Source: Deferribacterales bacterium | Lineage (GTDB): Bacteria; Chrysiogenota; Deferribacteres; Deferribacterales; Geovibrionaceae | Direction of reading: 5' to 3' | Length of the DNA: 64,000 bases | Assembly (NCBI GenBank): GCA_050251945.1 | Contig: JBFWLW010000006.1 | Location: 64,001 to 128,000, forward strand | In this document: positions 29,707 to 39,760 of the stretch, piece by piece | Position numbering within the stretch: position 1 is the stretch's first letter | How the letters are laid out: every line of letters starts with the position of its first letter | Position numbers and translations under genes: made by a program | The notes under the pieces: model-generated | Seen by the model: only the letters and a program-made list of their open reading frames with translations | What the model was told of the DNA's origin: nothing | Databases searched by the model: none

Positions 29707-29804
29707 CGCTGAAACCCGCCACTGACAAGAATTTGTCAATAATTTGTATGAAAAATACAACAAAAAGGCGGGCTGTTATGTATTATTTTAGATACAGTTG
29801 ACTG

Positions 29805-31124
29805 TCAACCCCTGTAAAGATCTTTGAACAGCATATACTCTTTTATGAAAGAGAGTTCCACTTCCGTAACGGGACCGTTTCTGTGTTTTGCGATGATAAC
29901 TTCGGCAATTCCTGCTCTGTCGGACTGCTTGTTGTACACCTCGTCGCGGTACAGGAAGATGATCATATCGGCATCCTGCTCAATTGCGCCGGATTCACGA
30001 AGGTCGGATATCATCGGGCGCTTGTCTGCTCTCTGTTCAACACCACGGTTAAGCTGTGAAAGAGCTATGACGGGGATATTCAGTTCTTTTGCAAGAGCCT
30101 TGAGCGATCTTGATATCTCCGATATCTGCTGTTCGCGGTTATCTCCTTTCGTTGCACCCATAAGCTGAAGGTAGTCCACGAATATAAGGTCAAGCCCCTG
30201 TTCACGCCTTATCCTGCGGCATTTTGCACGCAGTTCAAGCGGTGTGATGGCTGGGGTGTCGTCTATGAACAGCTTCATATCGCCAAGAACACCTGCGGCG
30301 CTTGCCAGCTTCTGCCACTCCTCCATGGAAAACTTGCCGCCTCTCAGCTTGCTGGACTCAACGCCCGCCTGTGCGGCGAGAAGACGCTGTGCCAACTGGT
30401 GGGAGGACATTTCAAGGGAGAAGAACGCAACGCTGCGGTTATCTCTGTATGAAGCGTTGAGCGCAAGGTTAAGAGAAAACGCAGTCTTACCCATACCGGG
30501 ACGTCCGGCAACAATAACAAGGTCGGAGTTCTGCAGACCGTTCGTAACTTCGTTAAGGTCTTTAAAGCCTGTGTTGATACCGGAAAGCTGATCACTTCTG
30601 TGGAAGAGACTGTTCAGCATATCCAGAGTTTCATGCATCAGCGTACTCAGCGGCTGAACACCGTTCTTAAGCTTATGTTCCGCCAGAGAGAATATCCGTT
30701 TTTCTGCATTTTCAACAACTTCCGCCACATTCTCCGGCTGTTCGTAGCTGAATTCGGTAATCTCAACCGCAACGCCGATGAGCTGGCGCAGAGTTGCCCT
30801 GTCACGGACGATCTCCGCATAATGCCCGACGTTTGCGGAAGTGGGGATGATGTCCACAAGGGAGGAAACGTATTCAACGCCGCCAGCCCTTTTAAGGTCT
30901 TCATCAGACATTGAACCGATCACGGTAACAACGTCAACAGGTTTCCCCTGTTCCTGCAGCCAGAGTATCTTTCTGTAAAGGCTCTGGTGGGCGGGAATAT
31001 AAAAATCGTCCGCCTGTATTTTGTCCACAACTTTATCAAGAGCCTTATCATCAAGGAGTATCGAGGCGATGACCGCCTGTTCCGCCTCTTTGTTGTGCGG
31101 CGGAACACGTCTCATATCAGACAT
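29805..31124 (-). CDS. dnaB: Replicative DNA helicase
   Basis: PPHNKEAEQAV, GRPGMGKT, VDYLQL, LSQLNR and DLRESGAIEQDAD motifs; no intein. Confidence 0.98.
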   Translation of the reverse strand: MSDMRRVPPHNKEAEQAVIASILLDDKALDKVVDKIQADDFYIPAHQSLYRKILWLQEQGKPVDVVTVIGSMSDEDLKRAGGVEYVSSLVDIIPTSANVGHYAEIVRDRATLRQLIGVAVEITEFSYEQPENVAEVVENAEKRIFSLAEHKLKNGVQPLSTLMHETLDMLNSLFHRSDQLSGINTGFKDLNEVTNGLQNSDLVIVAGRPGMGKTAFSLNLALNASYRDNRSVAFFSLEMSSHQLAQRLLAAQAGVESSKLRGGKFSMEEWQKLASAAGVLGDMKLFIDDTPAITPLELRAKCRRIRREQGLDLIFVDYLQLMGATKGDNREQQISEISRSLKALAKELNIPVIALSQLNRGVEQRADKRPMISDLRESGAIEQDADMIIFLYRDEVYNKQSDRAGIAEVIIAKHRNGPVTEVELSFIKEYMLFKDLYRG

Positions 31125-31125
31125 G

Positions 31126-31569
31126 TTATTCTGCTTTCACATTAACTTTTACTTCGGCGTTGATATCCATGAATATTTTGACCTTTATGCTGTATTCGCC
31201 CGGTTCTTTTATATGGTCTTTCATGGCGATGTCTTTTTTGTCCACCTCAACACCGGCATCGAGCAGGGCTTTCGCGATATCAGAAGACGTGATGGCTCCG
31301 TAAAGCTTTCCCGTGTCCCCGCCCTTGCCTGTAATGGTTATGCCTGTCTTGTTAAGCAATTCGGCAAATGCTTTCGCTTCAGATATTTTAAGAGCTTCAC
31401 GGTCTTTTGCCGCCTGTTTTTTAGATTCCAGCGCCGCAATATTTGCAGGTGTCGCTTCAATGGCAATCTTCTTTTTGAACAGGAAGTTCTGCGCGTAGCC
31501 GTCCTTTGCCTCTTTTATCTCGTCTTTTTTCGCGACGCCTTTTACGTCTTGAAGAAATATTACTTTCAT
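31126..31569 (-). CDS. rplI: 50S ribosomal protein L9
   Basis: [32 protein letters not shown] at the true start; the tracked extension to 31680 runs through a repeat. Confidence 0.96.
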   Translation of the reverse strand: MKVIFLQDVKGVAKKDEIKEAKDGYAQNFLFKKKIAIEATPANIAALESKKQAAKDREALKISEAKAFAELLNKTGITITGKGGDTGKLYGAITSSDIAKALLDAGVEVDKKDIAMKDHIKEPGEYSIKVKIFMDINAEVKVNVKAE

Positions 31570-31590
31570 TGTTCTGTCTCCCATTCCATC

Positions 31591-31664
31591 GACTGCTTCG
31601 GACACAGCCTCTGCATAGACAAAAAAAGTGTCTTCGCGAGGAACAATGTAACGAAGCGATCTCA
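31591..31664. repeat. REP-like inverted dimer, copy 4 (degenerate)
   Basis: GACTGCTTCGGAC..CTCTGCATAGAC / GTCTTCGCGAGGAAC..ACGAAGCGATCTC. Confidence 0.7.
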
Positions 31665-31666
31665 TA

Positions 31667-32140
31667 TTAATTGTTGTCAATATCTGCTAAAACATCAACT
31701 ATCTCATTGAAGGAATAACCCTTTCTGTAAAAATGAGCAATACATTTCTGTTTAAGCTCATAGGGGGTTTTCGCCTTCTTCGTTTCCATATACCGTCCGA
31801 CCATCTCCGCAAGCTGAGCCTTAGTGTCGATGCCCCGTTCGTCCGCTATGTCCTGCATATCGTTCAGGTCGGCGTCCACGCCCTTTTCGCGAAGCTCTTC
31901 GACTATGCGGTATTTACCATAACCCGATCTGAGCCTTGAGGCTATGAGATTTTTTCTGGCGCTGCCGTCATTTATGTAACCGTAATCTTTCAGCTTGACG
32001 ATTGTTTCGTCCGCCGCTTCTTCGCCGAAATGCTCCGCTATTTTTGCACGCATCTCGTTCTCGAAAAAATCACGCCGCGCAAGCACACGAAGTGCGTACT
32101 CGAATGGGGTTTTACTCCGTATCTTCCTTTTCGGGAACAT
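31667..32140 (-). CDS. recX: RecA regulator RecX
   Basis: [28 protein letters not shown] and RKGYS motifs; downstream of recA. Start taken at the in-frame ATG at 32140. Confidence 0.87.
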   Translation of the reverse strand: MFPKRKIRSKTPFEYALRVLARRDFFENEMRAKIAEHFGEEAADETIVKLKDYGYINDGSARKNLIASRLRSGYGKYRIVEELREKGVDADLNDMQDIADERGIDTKAQLAEMVGRYMETKKAKTPYELKQKCIAHFYRKGYSFNEIVDVLADIDNN

Positions 32141-32150
32141 CTTCCGCCTG

Positions 32151-33224
32151 TCAGCCGGAAAATCCGGCAAGTTTCAGCCTGAGGTCATCGGGACGTTTCG
32201 CCCATTTGAACGCCTCGTCCGCCGTGATGTATCCTGCCTCTATATGGTCAATGAGGGACTGGTCGAACGACTGCGAGCCGTAAATATCCCTTCCCTGCTC
32301 AATGAAATCCGTTATTTCGTGCAGCCTGCCCTTGTCGCTTATGCACTCTTTAACCGCGCCTGTGGCAATCATAACCTCCACAGCCGGAACTCTGCCCGGT
32401 ATATCGGTTCTCGGCACGAGCCTCTGGGAAATCACCGCGTTCAGGACAGACGCAAGCTGTAATCTGATCTGTTCCTGCCTGTGCGGTTCAAACACGGATA
32501 TGATCCTGTTGACTGTCTCCGGCGCGTCCGAAGTATGCAGAGTGGACATAACAAGGTGTCCGGTCTCCGCAGCGTGGAGAGCTGTCTCAATTGTTTCCGC
32601 ATCCCGCATTTCACCCACAAGTATCATATCGGGATCCTGCCTGAGCGCTCTTTTCAATGCCTCGGAAAAAGAGTTGGTATCAGACCCCACCTCCCTTTGG
32701 GAAATGGCGGACAGCTTATCCTCGTGAAGAAACTCAATTGGATCCTCCACGGTGATTATATTCATCTTTCCGGTGCGGTTGATAAAATCTATCATCGCAG
32801 CAAGAGTTGTCGATTTCCCGCTTCCGGTGATACCGGTCACCAGCACAAGTCCTCTCTGTTTTCCGGATATCTCTTTTATGACGTCCGGCAGAAGCAGGCT
32901 GTCAATATCCGGCACCTTTTCCGGAATAACACGAAAAACCAGCCCAATCATGCCGCGCTGTATGTATGCATTTACACGGAATCTCGCTATGCCGATCAGG
33001 GCATATGCAAAGTCCGCCTCTTTGCGGTCTTTGAACCCGGACTTAAGGGAGGCGGGCATAATGCTCCCCGCCATCTTAACTGCGATCTCCGCAGTGACAG
33101 TCTCAAAGCCTGTCAGAGTCTCCATATCACCGTGCAGACGAACAACCGGCGGTCTGCCGACCTTGATATGGACATCCGAAACGCCGAGAGAAGCAGCCTT
33201 CGCCAAAACCGCGTTTATATCCAT
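32151..33224 (-). CDS. pilT: Type IV pilus retraction ATPase (PilT/PilU family)
   Basis: SDVHIKVG, GITGSGKSTT, ITVEDPIE, ALRQDPD, GEMRD and ETGHLVMSTLH motifs. Confidence 0.93.
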   Translation of the reverse strand: MDINAVLAKAASLGVSDVHIKVGRPPVVRLHGDMETLTGFETVTAEIAVKMAGSIMPASLKSGFKDRKEADFAYALIGIARFRVNAYIQRGMIGLVFRVIPEKVPDIDSLLLPDVIKEISGKQRGLVLVTGITGSGKSTTLAAMIDFINRTGKMNIITVEDPIEFLHEDKLSAISQREVGSDTNSFSEALKRALRQDPDMILVGEMRDAETIETALHAAETGHLVMSTLHTSDAPETVNRIISVFEPHRQEQIRLQLASVLNAVISQRLVPRTDIPGRVPAVEVMIATGAVKECISDKGRLHEITDFIEQGRDIYGSQSFDQSLIDHIEAGYITADEAFKWAKRPDDLRLKLAGFSG

Positions 33225-34246
33225 TATTCCTCTTCGGAAACACGTGTTCCTTTAAAATCGGCAACGGCGAATTTGGCACGAATTTTTGCCTCAAGCTCTG
33301 CCGCAGCTTCAGGGTTGTCCTTAAGCCACGTCCTTGAGTTCTCTTTGCCCTGACCTATCTTCGCATCGCCATAGCTGAACCATGCACCGGCTTTATTGAT
33401 ATATCCCGCTTCCACTCCCATATCTATGAGCAGACCTTCGCGGGAAACGCCTTCGCCGTACATAATGTCGAACTCTGCCGTTTTGAAGGGGGGCGCAACC
33501 TTGTTTTTAACGATCTTCGCTATACCGTGATTGCCCACAACCTCTTCCTTCTCTTTCAGAGCCTGAGATTTCTTTATCTCTATACGCATAGAAGCGTAGA
33601 ACTTGAGTGCGTTACCGCCGGTTGTGGTTTCGGGGTTGCCGTACACAACGCCTATTTTTGAACGGGTCTGGTTGATGAATATCAGCGTCGTCTGTGACTT
33701 GTTGACGATACTGGTAAGCTTTCTGAGTGCCTGACTCATCAGTCTTGCCTGAAGTCCCATATGCGAATCGCCCATTTCGCCCTCTATCTCCGCACGTGGA
33801 GTGAGTGCCGCAACGGAGTCAATGACGATGATGTCGATTGCACCGCTTCTGACCAGTGTTTCTGTTATTTCAAGCGCCGCCTCGCCACTGTCGGGCTGAC
33901 TGACAAGAAGGTTGTCGGTGTCAACGCCTATCGCTTTCGCATATACGGGGTCAAGTGCGTGTTCGGCATCTACAAAAGCCGCCGCACCGCCTATTCTCTG
34001 CGCCTCCGCTATGGCATGAAGAGCGATGGTGGTCTTACCGCTGGATTCAGCTCCATAAATCTCGATGATTCTTCCTTTCGGGAAGCCGCCGACACCAAGG
34101 GCAATGTCTAATGACAGAATACCCGTGGAAACAACCGGAAGCTTCTCGTGGGGCTTGTCGCCCAAACGCATTACGGCGCCCTTTCCGAAATCCTTTTCTA
34201 TCTTGCCCAGAGCAAGCTCAAGGGCTTTTTTCTTGTCCTGATCCAT
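33224..34246 (-). CDS. recA: Recombinase A
   Basis: [36 protein letters not shown] and GGNALKFY motifs. Confidence 0.99.
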   Translation of the reverse strand: MDQDKKKALELALGKIEKDFGKGAVMRLGDKPHEKLPVVSTGILSLDIALGVGGFPKGRIIEIYGAESSGKTTIALHAIAEAQRIGGAAAFVDAEHALDPVYAKAIGVDTDNLLVSQPDSGEAALEITETLVRSGAIDIIVIDSVAALTPRAEIEGEMGDSHMGLQARLMSQALRKLTSIVNKSQTTLIFINQTRSKIGVVYGNPETTTGGNALKFYASMRIEIKKSQALKEKEEVVGNHGIAKIVKNKVAPPFKTAEFDIMYGEGVSREGLLIDMGVEAGYINKAGAWFSYGDAKIGQGKENSRTWLKDNPEAAAELEAKIRAKFAVADFKGTRVSEEE

Positions 34247-34322
34247 CTCGCCTCCGATCTCTTTATTTTAACAAATTATATTACTATAAAATCTGTCCCA
34301 TGAAAACAGCCTTTTAATAACA

Positions 34323-34353
34323 TATATAAGCGACAGATTCTGTCGTTAATATA
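34323..34353. promoter_or_regulatory. Palindromic operator candidate between recA and the glycan island
   Basis: TATATAAGCGACAG-att-CTGTCGTTAATATA, arms match 12/14. Confidence 0.55.
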
Positions 34354-34392
34354 TAACTGTACAACACAGGTATCTTAGATTAAAATTTTCTC

Positions 34393-36126
34393 ATGGAAAA
34401 TACGTTCAACATCGAAGAACACCTGAGAACATATACAGCAGGCTTCTCGCAGCCGCAGGTGCCTCACGGGGCGTTCAGGTCTTTCATCGACACCGAACTG
34501 AAATATTGCGGACATTTGAACAAAAGCTATGTCCAGCAGTACGGACGGATATTCCACCTGCTGAGAGACAAAATAATACTTCCCAATCATAATAAATTTA
34601 ATCTGCTTCCCGTCTTTGAGGAACTGGCAAACCTTATGCGCAGAAGCGGCATAGTTCTGCCGCCCGCAGAGAACGGACAAAGGATAATCAACGCTTTCAA
34701 AAACTCATACGACGACAACGACACCTACTGGAAACTGAACATTCTGCGCATGGACATGGTCGTAAGATCGTTCATGAACTGCTCTGATAAAGCGGAATTT
34801 CTGGAAAAAATGTCGTGTCTTAAGTCTTCCGAATGTTTCAGAAATAAAGACGAACTGCGTTTCTTTGCACAAAACCTGAAAATGCTCTTCCCTTCGGCGG
34901 AAGAATTCATGGCGTACTACGCAAAAATATTCACTCCGGCATATTCCGAAAGAGATATCACAGCTTTTAAAGCGGGAATTATCTGGGTAGTGGAAATATC
35001 GTGGGGTATCGCATACAAGGAACACCGCGCCCACATGGCGCTGATGGAACCGCTCATAGGTGTTCTGAACGGGGCGTTGAAAAAGCAGTATGACGAAGCC
35101 GTGTTCTATCTGCATTTCCCGCTAAGCCACATATACCTGAACCTCTGCCACACCCAGACAGAGTTTAAGGCTTTCAACGAAAAGGTCGAAAAGCCGATAT
35201 CCGCATATATGCCGGTAAACATGAACAGGTGGAACATCAAACCTGTTCAGCGCAAAAACAGCAATAAACGCATAGGCTTAGTGTTCGACAGACTTGTCGG
35301 AAGCTCACCTGTCAAATTGCTGATATCGCTCCTTAACTATATGAAAGACGAAAAATATGAGCTGTACGTTTACGACATGGGCTATGTTGAAAAGGCGCCT
35401 TCGCAGAAAGAATACATCGACGAAGTCCTCGCCGCCGGTGCAAAATACACCAACGGACACGAGCTGGCAAATTCCGGCGCAGACAGATACTACAGCCATT
35501 TTGAAAAATGTGCGGCACTCAGAAATGCTGTGATAAAAGATGAAATAGATATCCTTATCGCCACAGGCAACAGAACTCAGACAACCTTTATGCTTGCCGC
35601 CAGAACCGCACCTGTGCAGATGTACTGGGATCACGGGAACCATGAATATGACGTTGCCGGAATAGACAAGCGCATCTGTCATTTTGACGACGGGTACAAA
35701 AACGAATTCGTGTTCTCCCGCTTCACCCTGCCGATGCTTCCGAAATACCTCGCTCCCGACGAAGAGAAGAAAAAAACCGAGGCGGCTGAGATAAAGAAAA
35801 AACTCCCGCAGCATAGGGTTGTTCTGGGCAGTATCGGGCGCATTATGAAACTTTCCGATGAATATCTGGAGACAGTTGCCGATATATTAAAACAGAACCC
35901 CGATGCTGTATACCTTGCCTGCGGAGACGGTCCCATTGCGGAAAAACGTGTGAAAGTCCGCGAGCTGGGCATTGAGGATCGCTTTATCTTCACAGGGTTT
36001 GTGGATCCTCACATATACGGGCACGTTATAGACATCTACCTGAACACTTTCCCGCTCGCAGGCGGCGAAAGCGTTAACGAATTCAGAGCCAAAGGTGATA
36101 ATAAATATGTCGTCTCTCTCAACTGA
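34393..36126 (+). CDS. GT41-like (OGT/HMW1C/SPINDLY C-terminal fold) glycosyltransferase
   Basis: DEIDILI, ARTAPVQ, GSIGRIMKL and DIYLNTFPLAGG resemble the GT41 catalytic region. Confidence 0.7.
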   Translation: MENTFNIEEHLRTYTAGFSQPQVPHGAFRSFIDTELKYCGHLNKSYVQQYGRIFHLLRDKIILPNHNKFNLLPVFEELANLMRRSGIVLPPAENGQRIINAFKNSYDDNDTYWKLNILRMDMVVRSFMNCSDKAEFLEKMSCLKSSECFRNKDELRFFAQNLKMLFPSAEEFMAYYAKIFTPAYSERDITAFKAGIIWVVEISWGIAYKEHRAHMALMEPLIGVLNGALKKQYDEAVFYLHFPLSHIYLNLCHTQTEFKAFNEKVEKPISAYMPVNMNRWNIKPVQRKNSNKRIGLVFDRLVGSSPVKLLISLLNYMKDEKYELYVYDMGYVEKAPSQKEYIDEVLAAGAKYTNGHELANSGADRYYSHFEKCAALRNAVIKDEIDILIATGNRTQTTFMLAARTAPVQMYWDHGNHEYDVAGIDKRICHFDDGYKNEFVFSRFTLPMLPKYLAPDEEKKKTEAAEIKKKLPQHRVVLGSIGRIMKLSDEYLETVADILKQNPDAVYLACGDGPIAEKRVKVRELGIEDRFIFTGFVDPHIYGHVIDIYLNTFPLAGGESVNEFRAKGDNKYVVSLN

Positions 36127-37009
36127 ACACAAACTGCCGGAAATAACCGTTCCGGAAGACTATAATTATCTTGCCTTCTTTATTTCACTCAACTGCAATC
36201 TGAAATGCCATTACTGCATTAATCTTAACGATAAAAACTCTTCCAGAAAGGACATGGCGAAACACCACATGTCAGGTTCCGACTGGGCAAAGGCTATAAA
36301 CAGGCTTTACATAGGCAGGGACGATCTTCCGGTCACCATTCAGGGCGGAGAACCTACCATTCATAAAGACTTTTACCAAATAGTCAACGAAACCGACGAC
36401 AGTATAAAACTCGACCTGTTAACAAACATGGCATTCGATCCGGAAGAGTTCATCCGGAACGTTCCCGCATACAAATTCACCCGCGAGGCGAAATACGCGG
36501 CAATACGCGTCAGCTATCACCCCGGGTACAACGACATAGACGTTCTCATAAAGAAAACTCTGCGTATGGCGGAAGCCGGATTTTATGTGGGGCTGTATTC
36601 CGTTATGGTGCCGGAGAACAAAGAACACATAGAAGAAGTTATGGCTCGCTGCAAAGGGATCGGCATAGATTTCCGCGTTAAGGAATATCTGGGCTTCGAT
36701 GGCGAAAAATGGCACGGGCAGTATAAATACATGGACGCCATAAGTCAGAACGTCCGCAAAAACTGCATGTGCAGAACCACAGAGCTGATAGCGGGTCCCA
36801 CGGGACACATTTTCCGCTGTCACTCCGACCTTTATGCGAACAGAAGCGCCATCGGGCATATACTCGACCACGATTTCAAAATCGAGCAGATTTTCCGTCC
36901 GTGCGAATGGTACGGATTCTGCAATCCGTGCGACATAAAAGTCAAAACAAACAGATTCCAGATATTCGGACACACAAGCGTCGAGATAAAGGACGTACAT
37001 GACCGCTGA
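36107..37009 (+). CDS. Radical SAM protein 1
   Basis: CNLKCHYC, QGGEP, Cys-rich C-terminus (C..C..CNPCD). Confidence 0.9.
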   Translation: MSSLSTEHKLPEITVPEDYNYLAFFISLNCNLKCHYCINLNDKNSSRKDMAKHHMSGSDWAKAINRLYIGRDDLPVTIQGGEPTIHKDFYQIVNETDDSIKLDLLTNMAFDPEEFIRNVPAYKFTREAKYAAIRVSYHPGYNDIDVLIKKTLRMAEAGFYVGLYSVMVPENKEHIEEVMARCKGIGIDFRVKEYLGFDGEKWHGQYKYMDAISQNVRKNCMCRTTELIAGPTGHIFRCHSDLYANRSAIGHILDHDFKIEQIFRPCEWYGFCNPCDIKVKTNRFQIFGHTSVEIKDVHDR

Positions 37010-38060
37010 TAAATATGCAATAGACAGCCACAAACTGAAATATCATCCGGACAGGGTTGCCCAGTTTCTGAAAACAGGGGACACTGCGCCTGTCTATGTG
37101 GAAATTTCCCCCACGGCCTTCTGTAACCACAGATGTGTGTTCTGCCATTACAACTACATAGGACATGAAGGCAGCTTTGCAAAGGGCAGAATGCTCAGCC
37201 TTATCGACGAGCTTGCGGATGCAGGAACAAAATCCGTTGTTTTTGCGGGAATAGGCGAACCGCTGCTGAATCCTGAAACCGTACCTGCTGTGGTGAAGGC
37301 AAAAAAACTCGGAATTGACGCAGGCATGAGTACCAACGGCGCATTAATGAAAGACGGACATATCCCTGAACTGGTACAAAACCTGACATGGATACGTTTC
37401 TCATTTAACGCCGCCACACCCGAAAAATACGCGGAAATTCACCATACAAAACCTGAAGACTTTGAAAAAGCTCTTGTGAATATAGAAAAACTTGCGAAAG
37501 AAAAAAAGCGGGCAGGTGCGTCCGTAACTATTGGTCTGCAATTCATATTGCTGTCGGATAATCTGAACGGAATAGATTCTCTTGTGGGGCGGGTCAAAAA
37601 AGCCGGAGCCGATTATTTCTCAATGAAACACTTCTATGAGCATGAAAAAAATTCAATGAAATGTTCGTCAATAAACGAAGAACAGGAAAATATGCTGAAA
37701 GCTGTTTCGGCAAAATATTCCGACCCGAAATTCAGCGTTATTCTCCGCAGCCGTGAAAACCTGAACAGGACACGGGTATATGACAAATGTATGGGGCTGC
37801 CTTTCATCGTCTATATCAGGGAAAACGGGGACGTTTACACCTGTTTTTCCTACCAGCACGATGAAAAAACCGTACTTGGAAACATAAACAAATCAACCTT
37901 CGCCGATATATGGAAATCCGGCGCTAAAAAGGATGCTGTTGACTATATAAACAACTGCATTGAAAAGAACAACTGTCAGCCGAACTGCCGCCATCATCAG
38001 ATAAATAATTATCTGTGGGAGCTCACGCATCCTTCGGTTGAACATATAAACTTCATTTAG
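36999..38060 (+). CDS. Radical SAM protein 2 with SPASM/twitch-like domain
   Basis: CNHRCVFC, GIGEP, C-terminal C..GDVYTC..CQPNC. Confidence 0.92.
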   Translation: MTADKYAIDSHKLKYHPDRVAQFLKTGDTAPVYVEISPTAFCNHRCVFCHYNYIGHEGSFAKGRMLSLIDELADAGTKSVVFAGIGEPLLNPETVPAVVKAKKLGIDAGMSTNGALMKDGHIPELVQNLTWIRFSFNAATPEKYAEIHHTKPEDFEKALVNIEKLAKEKKRAGASVTIGLQFILLSDNLNGIDSLVGRVKKAGADYFSMKHFYEHEKNSMKCSSINEEQENMLKAVSAKYSDPKFSVILRSRENLNRTRVYDKCMGLPFIVYIRENGDVYTCFSYQHDEKTVLGNINKSTFADIWKSGAKKDAVDYINNCIEKNNCQPNCRHHQINNYLWELTHPSVEHINFI

Positions 38061-38069
38061 AAGGCGAAA

Positions 38070-38849
38070 ATGCAAGAGACTGCAAAAAACATACGAAGAA
38101 ACATAATACGCATGGCAAACGCTTCAAAGAGTCCGCACGTCGGCTCGGCACTTTCGTGCGCGGACATTCTTACAGTACTCTATCACAATATTTTAAATCT
38201 GCCGGAACCCGCAGACGAAACAAGGGATTACTTCCTTCTGTCAAAAGCCCATTCCGCAATGGCGCTGTACAGCACTCTCAATTCAAAAGGGTTTCTGAGC
38301 GATGAACACATGATGAGCTATTACCAGAACGGAGGGATACTTCCGGCACATACCGACAGGTTTACAAACGACTACGTTGAAATTTCAGCAGGAAGTCTGG
38401 GACACGGTCTGCCCATCGGGCTTGGTATTGCAAAGGCAATGAAACTCCAGAAAAAGCCCAACAGGGTGTTTGTGCTGATGGGTGACGGAGAAAGTCAGGA
38501 AGGTTCCGTTTGGGAAGCGGCAATGCTCGCGCCGAAACTGGAACTGAACAACCTCACTGCGATGATAGATTATAACAACCTGCAAGGATACGGACGCGCT
38601 AAAGAACTGGTCGCATACGAACCGGTCAGAGACAAATGGGAAAGTTTCGGCTGGGACACAGTGTGCATAAACGGGCATGACTATGACGCAATTTCGGATG
38701 CTCTCTCATCCCCATCCGGCAGACCGAAGATGGTAATCTGTAACACTATAAAAGGTAAAGGCGTTTCCTTCATGGAAGATCAGCTTATCTGGCATTATTA
38801 CATTGTCACCGACGAGCATATGAAGAACGCTCTGGAAGAGTTATCATGA
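38070..38849 (+). CDS. Transketolase, N-terminal (TPP-binding) subunit
   Basis: HVGSALS, LSKAH, GSLGHGL, GDGESQEGSVWEA and KGKGVSFME motifs. Confidence 0.93.
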   Translation: MQETAKNIRRNIIRMANASKSPHVGSALSCADILTVLYHNILNLPEPADETRDYFLLSKAHSAMALYSTLNSKGFLSDEHMMSYYQNGGILPAHTDRFTNDYVEISAGSLGHGLPIGLGIAKAMKLQKKPNRVFVLMGDGESQEGSVWEAAMLAPKLELNNLTAMIDYNNLQGYGRAKELVAYEPVRDKWESFGWDTVCINGHDYDAISDALSSPSGRPKMVICNTIKGKGVSFMEDQLIWHYYIVTDEHMKNALEELS

Positions 38850-39760
38850 GAAACAGAATAGCGAAAAGGATATATGAAAAAGCAAAAGACGATGCGTCTT
38901 TATTTCTGATTTCAGGAGACGCTGGACTCGGAGTATGGGAGCCTTTTCAGAAAGATTTTCCGGACAGATTTCTGAATCCCGGCGTAAACGAGGCATGCGA
39001 TGTAGGCATGGCGGCAGGACTGGCACTCTGCGGTCATAAAGTTGTCTACTACAACATAGCGCCGTTTGTCGTAATGCGCCCCTATGAGCAGGTTCGCAAC
39101 GACGTATGCTATCAGGAACTTCCGGTCATATTCGTCGGAACGGGAAGCGGCATAACCTACGCACCGGCAGGAATGACACACTATGTAGTTGAGGATATTG
39201 CACTTTGCAGGACACTGCCTAATATGAACATCTTCTCCCCGTGCGACCCGCTGGAAGCCGACGCCGCATTCGCATATGCATACGAAAGCAGAAACCCCAC
39301 CTACATCCGTATCCCGAAAAACGGAGAACCTGAACTTCACAAATGTCCGATAAAAGATATCACTCTTCCGCAGGTTATCGCGGAAGGCAAAGACGTTCTT
39401 CTGATATTCCACGGTTCCATTTCCGATGAAGTTCTTACGGCATGCGTCGAGTTGGATAAAAAAGGGATATCCGCCTGTGCGGTTTCAAATCCTTGCGTAA
39501 GCACTGTTTCAGAAGCAATTCTGGATATGATAAGTATATTTCCGGCGGTTTTCTGTATTGAAGAGCATTTCCAGATCGGCGGGCTGGGAACCATTCTGGC
39601 AGATTCGTGCAACCAATTTTCAATACACAAGAAAATATATAAAATGGGCATACGGAACCATTATATACACACTGTCGGAAACAGAGATTTCTTAAGAAAA
39701 CATTTCGGCATAGATTCGCAGTCAATCGTTACGGCTGTTTCGGAGGTACTCAATGGGTAA
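38846..39760 (+). CDS. Transketolase, C-terminal subunit
   Basis: GMAAGLA, RPYEQVRND, GMTH and IEEHFQIGGLG motifs. Confidence 0.93.
   Translation: MRNRIAKRIYEKAKDDASLFLISGDAGLGVWEPFQKDFPDRFLNPGVNEACDVGMAAGLALCGHKVVYYNIAPFVVMRPYEQVRNDVCYQELPVIFVGTGSGITYAPAGMTHYVVEDIALCRTLPNMNIFSPCDPLEADAAFAYAYESRNPTYIRIPKNGEPELHKCPIKDITLPQVIAEGKDVLLIFHGSISDEVLTACVELDKKGISACAVSNPCVSTVSEAILDMISIFPAVFCIEEHFQIGGLGTILADSCNQFSIHKKIYKMGIRNHYIHTVGNRDFLRKHFGIDSQSIVTAVSEVLNG

Noticed and set aside
320..31664. Repeats as a CRISPR array or integron attC sites
   Set aside because: The copies are dispersed singletons with no regular spacers, and no cas or integrase gene is present.
31570..31680. Apparent N-terminal extension of L9 containing a repeat (a possible in-frame palindromic insertion)
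   Set aside because: The canonical MKVI start at 31569 has its own GGAG RBS, so the repeat is most simply intergenic.
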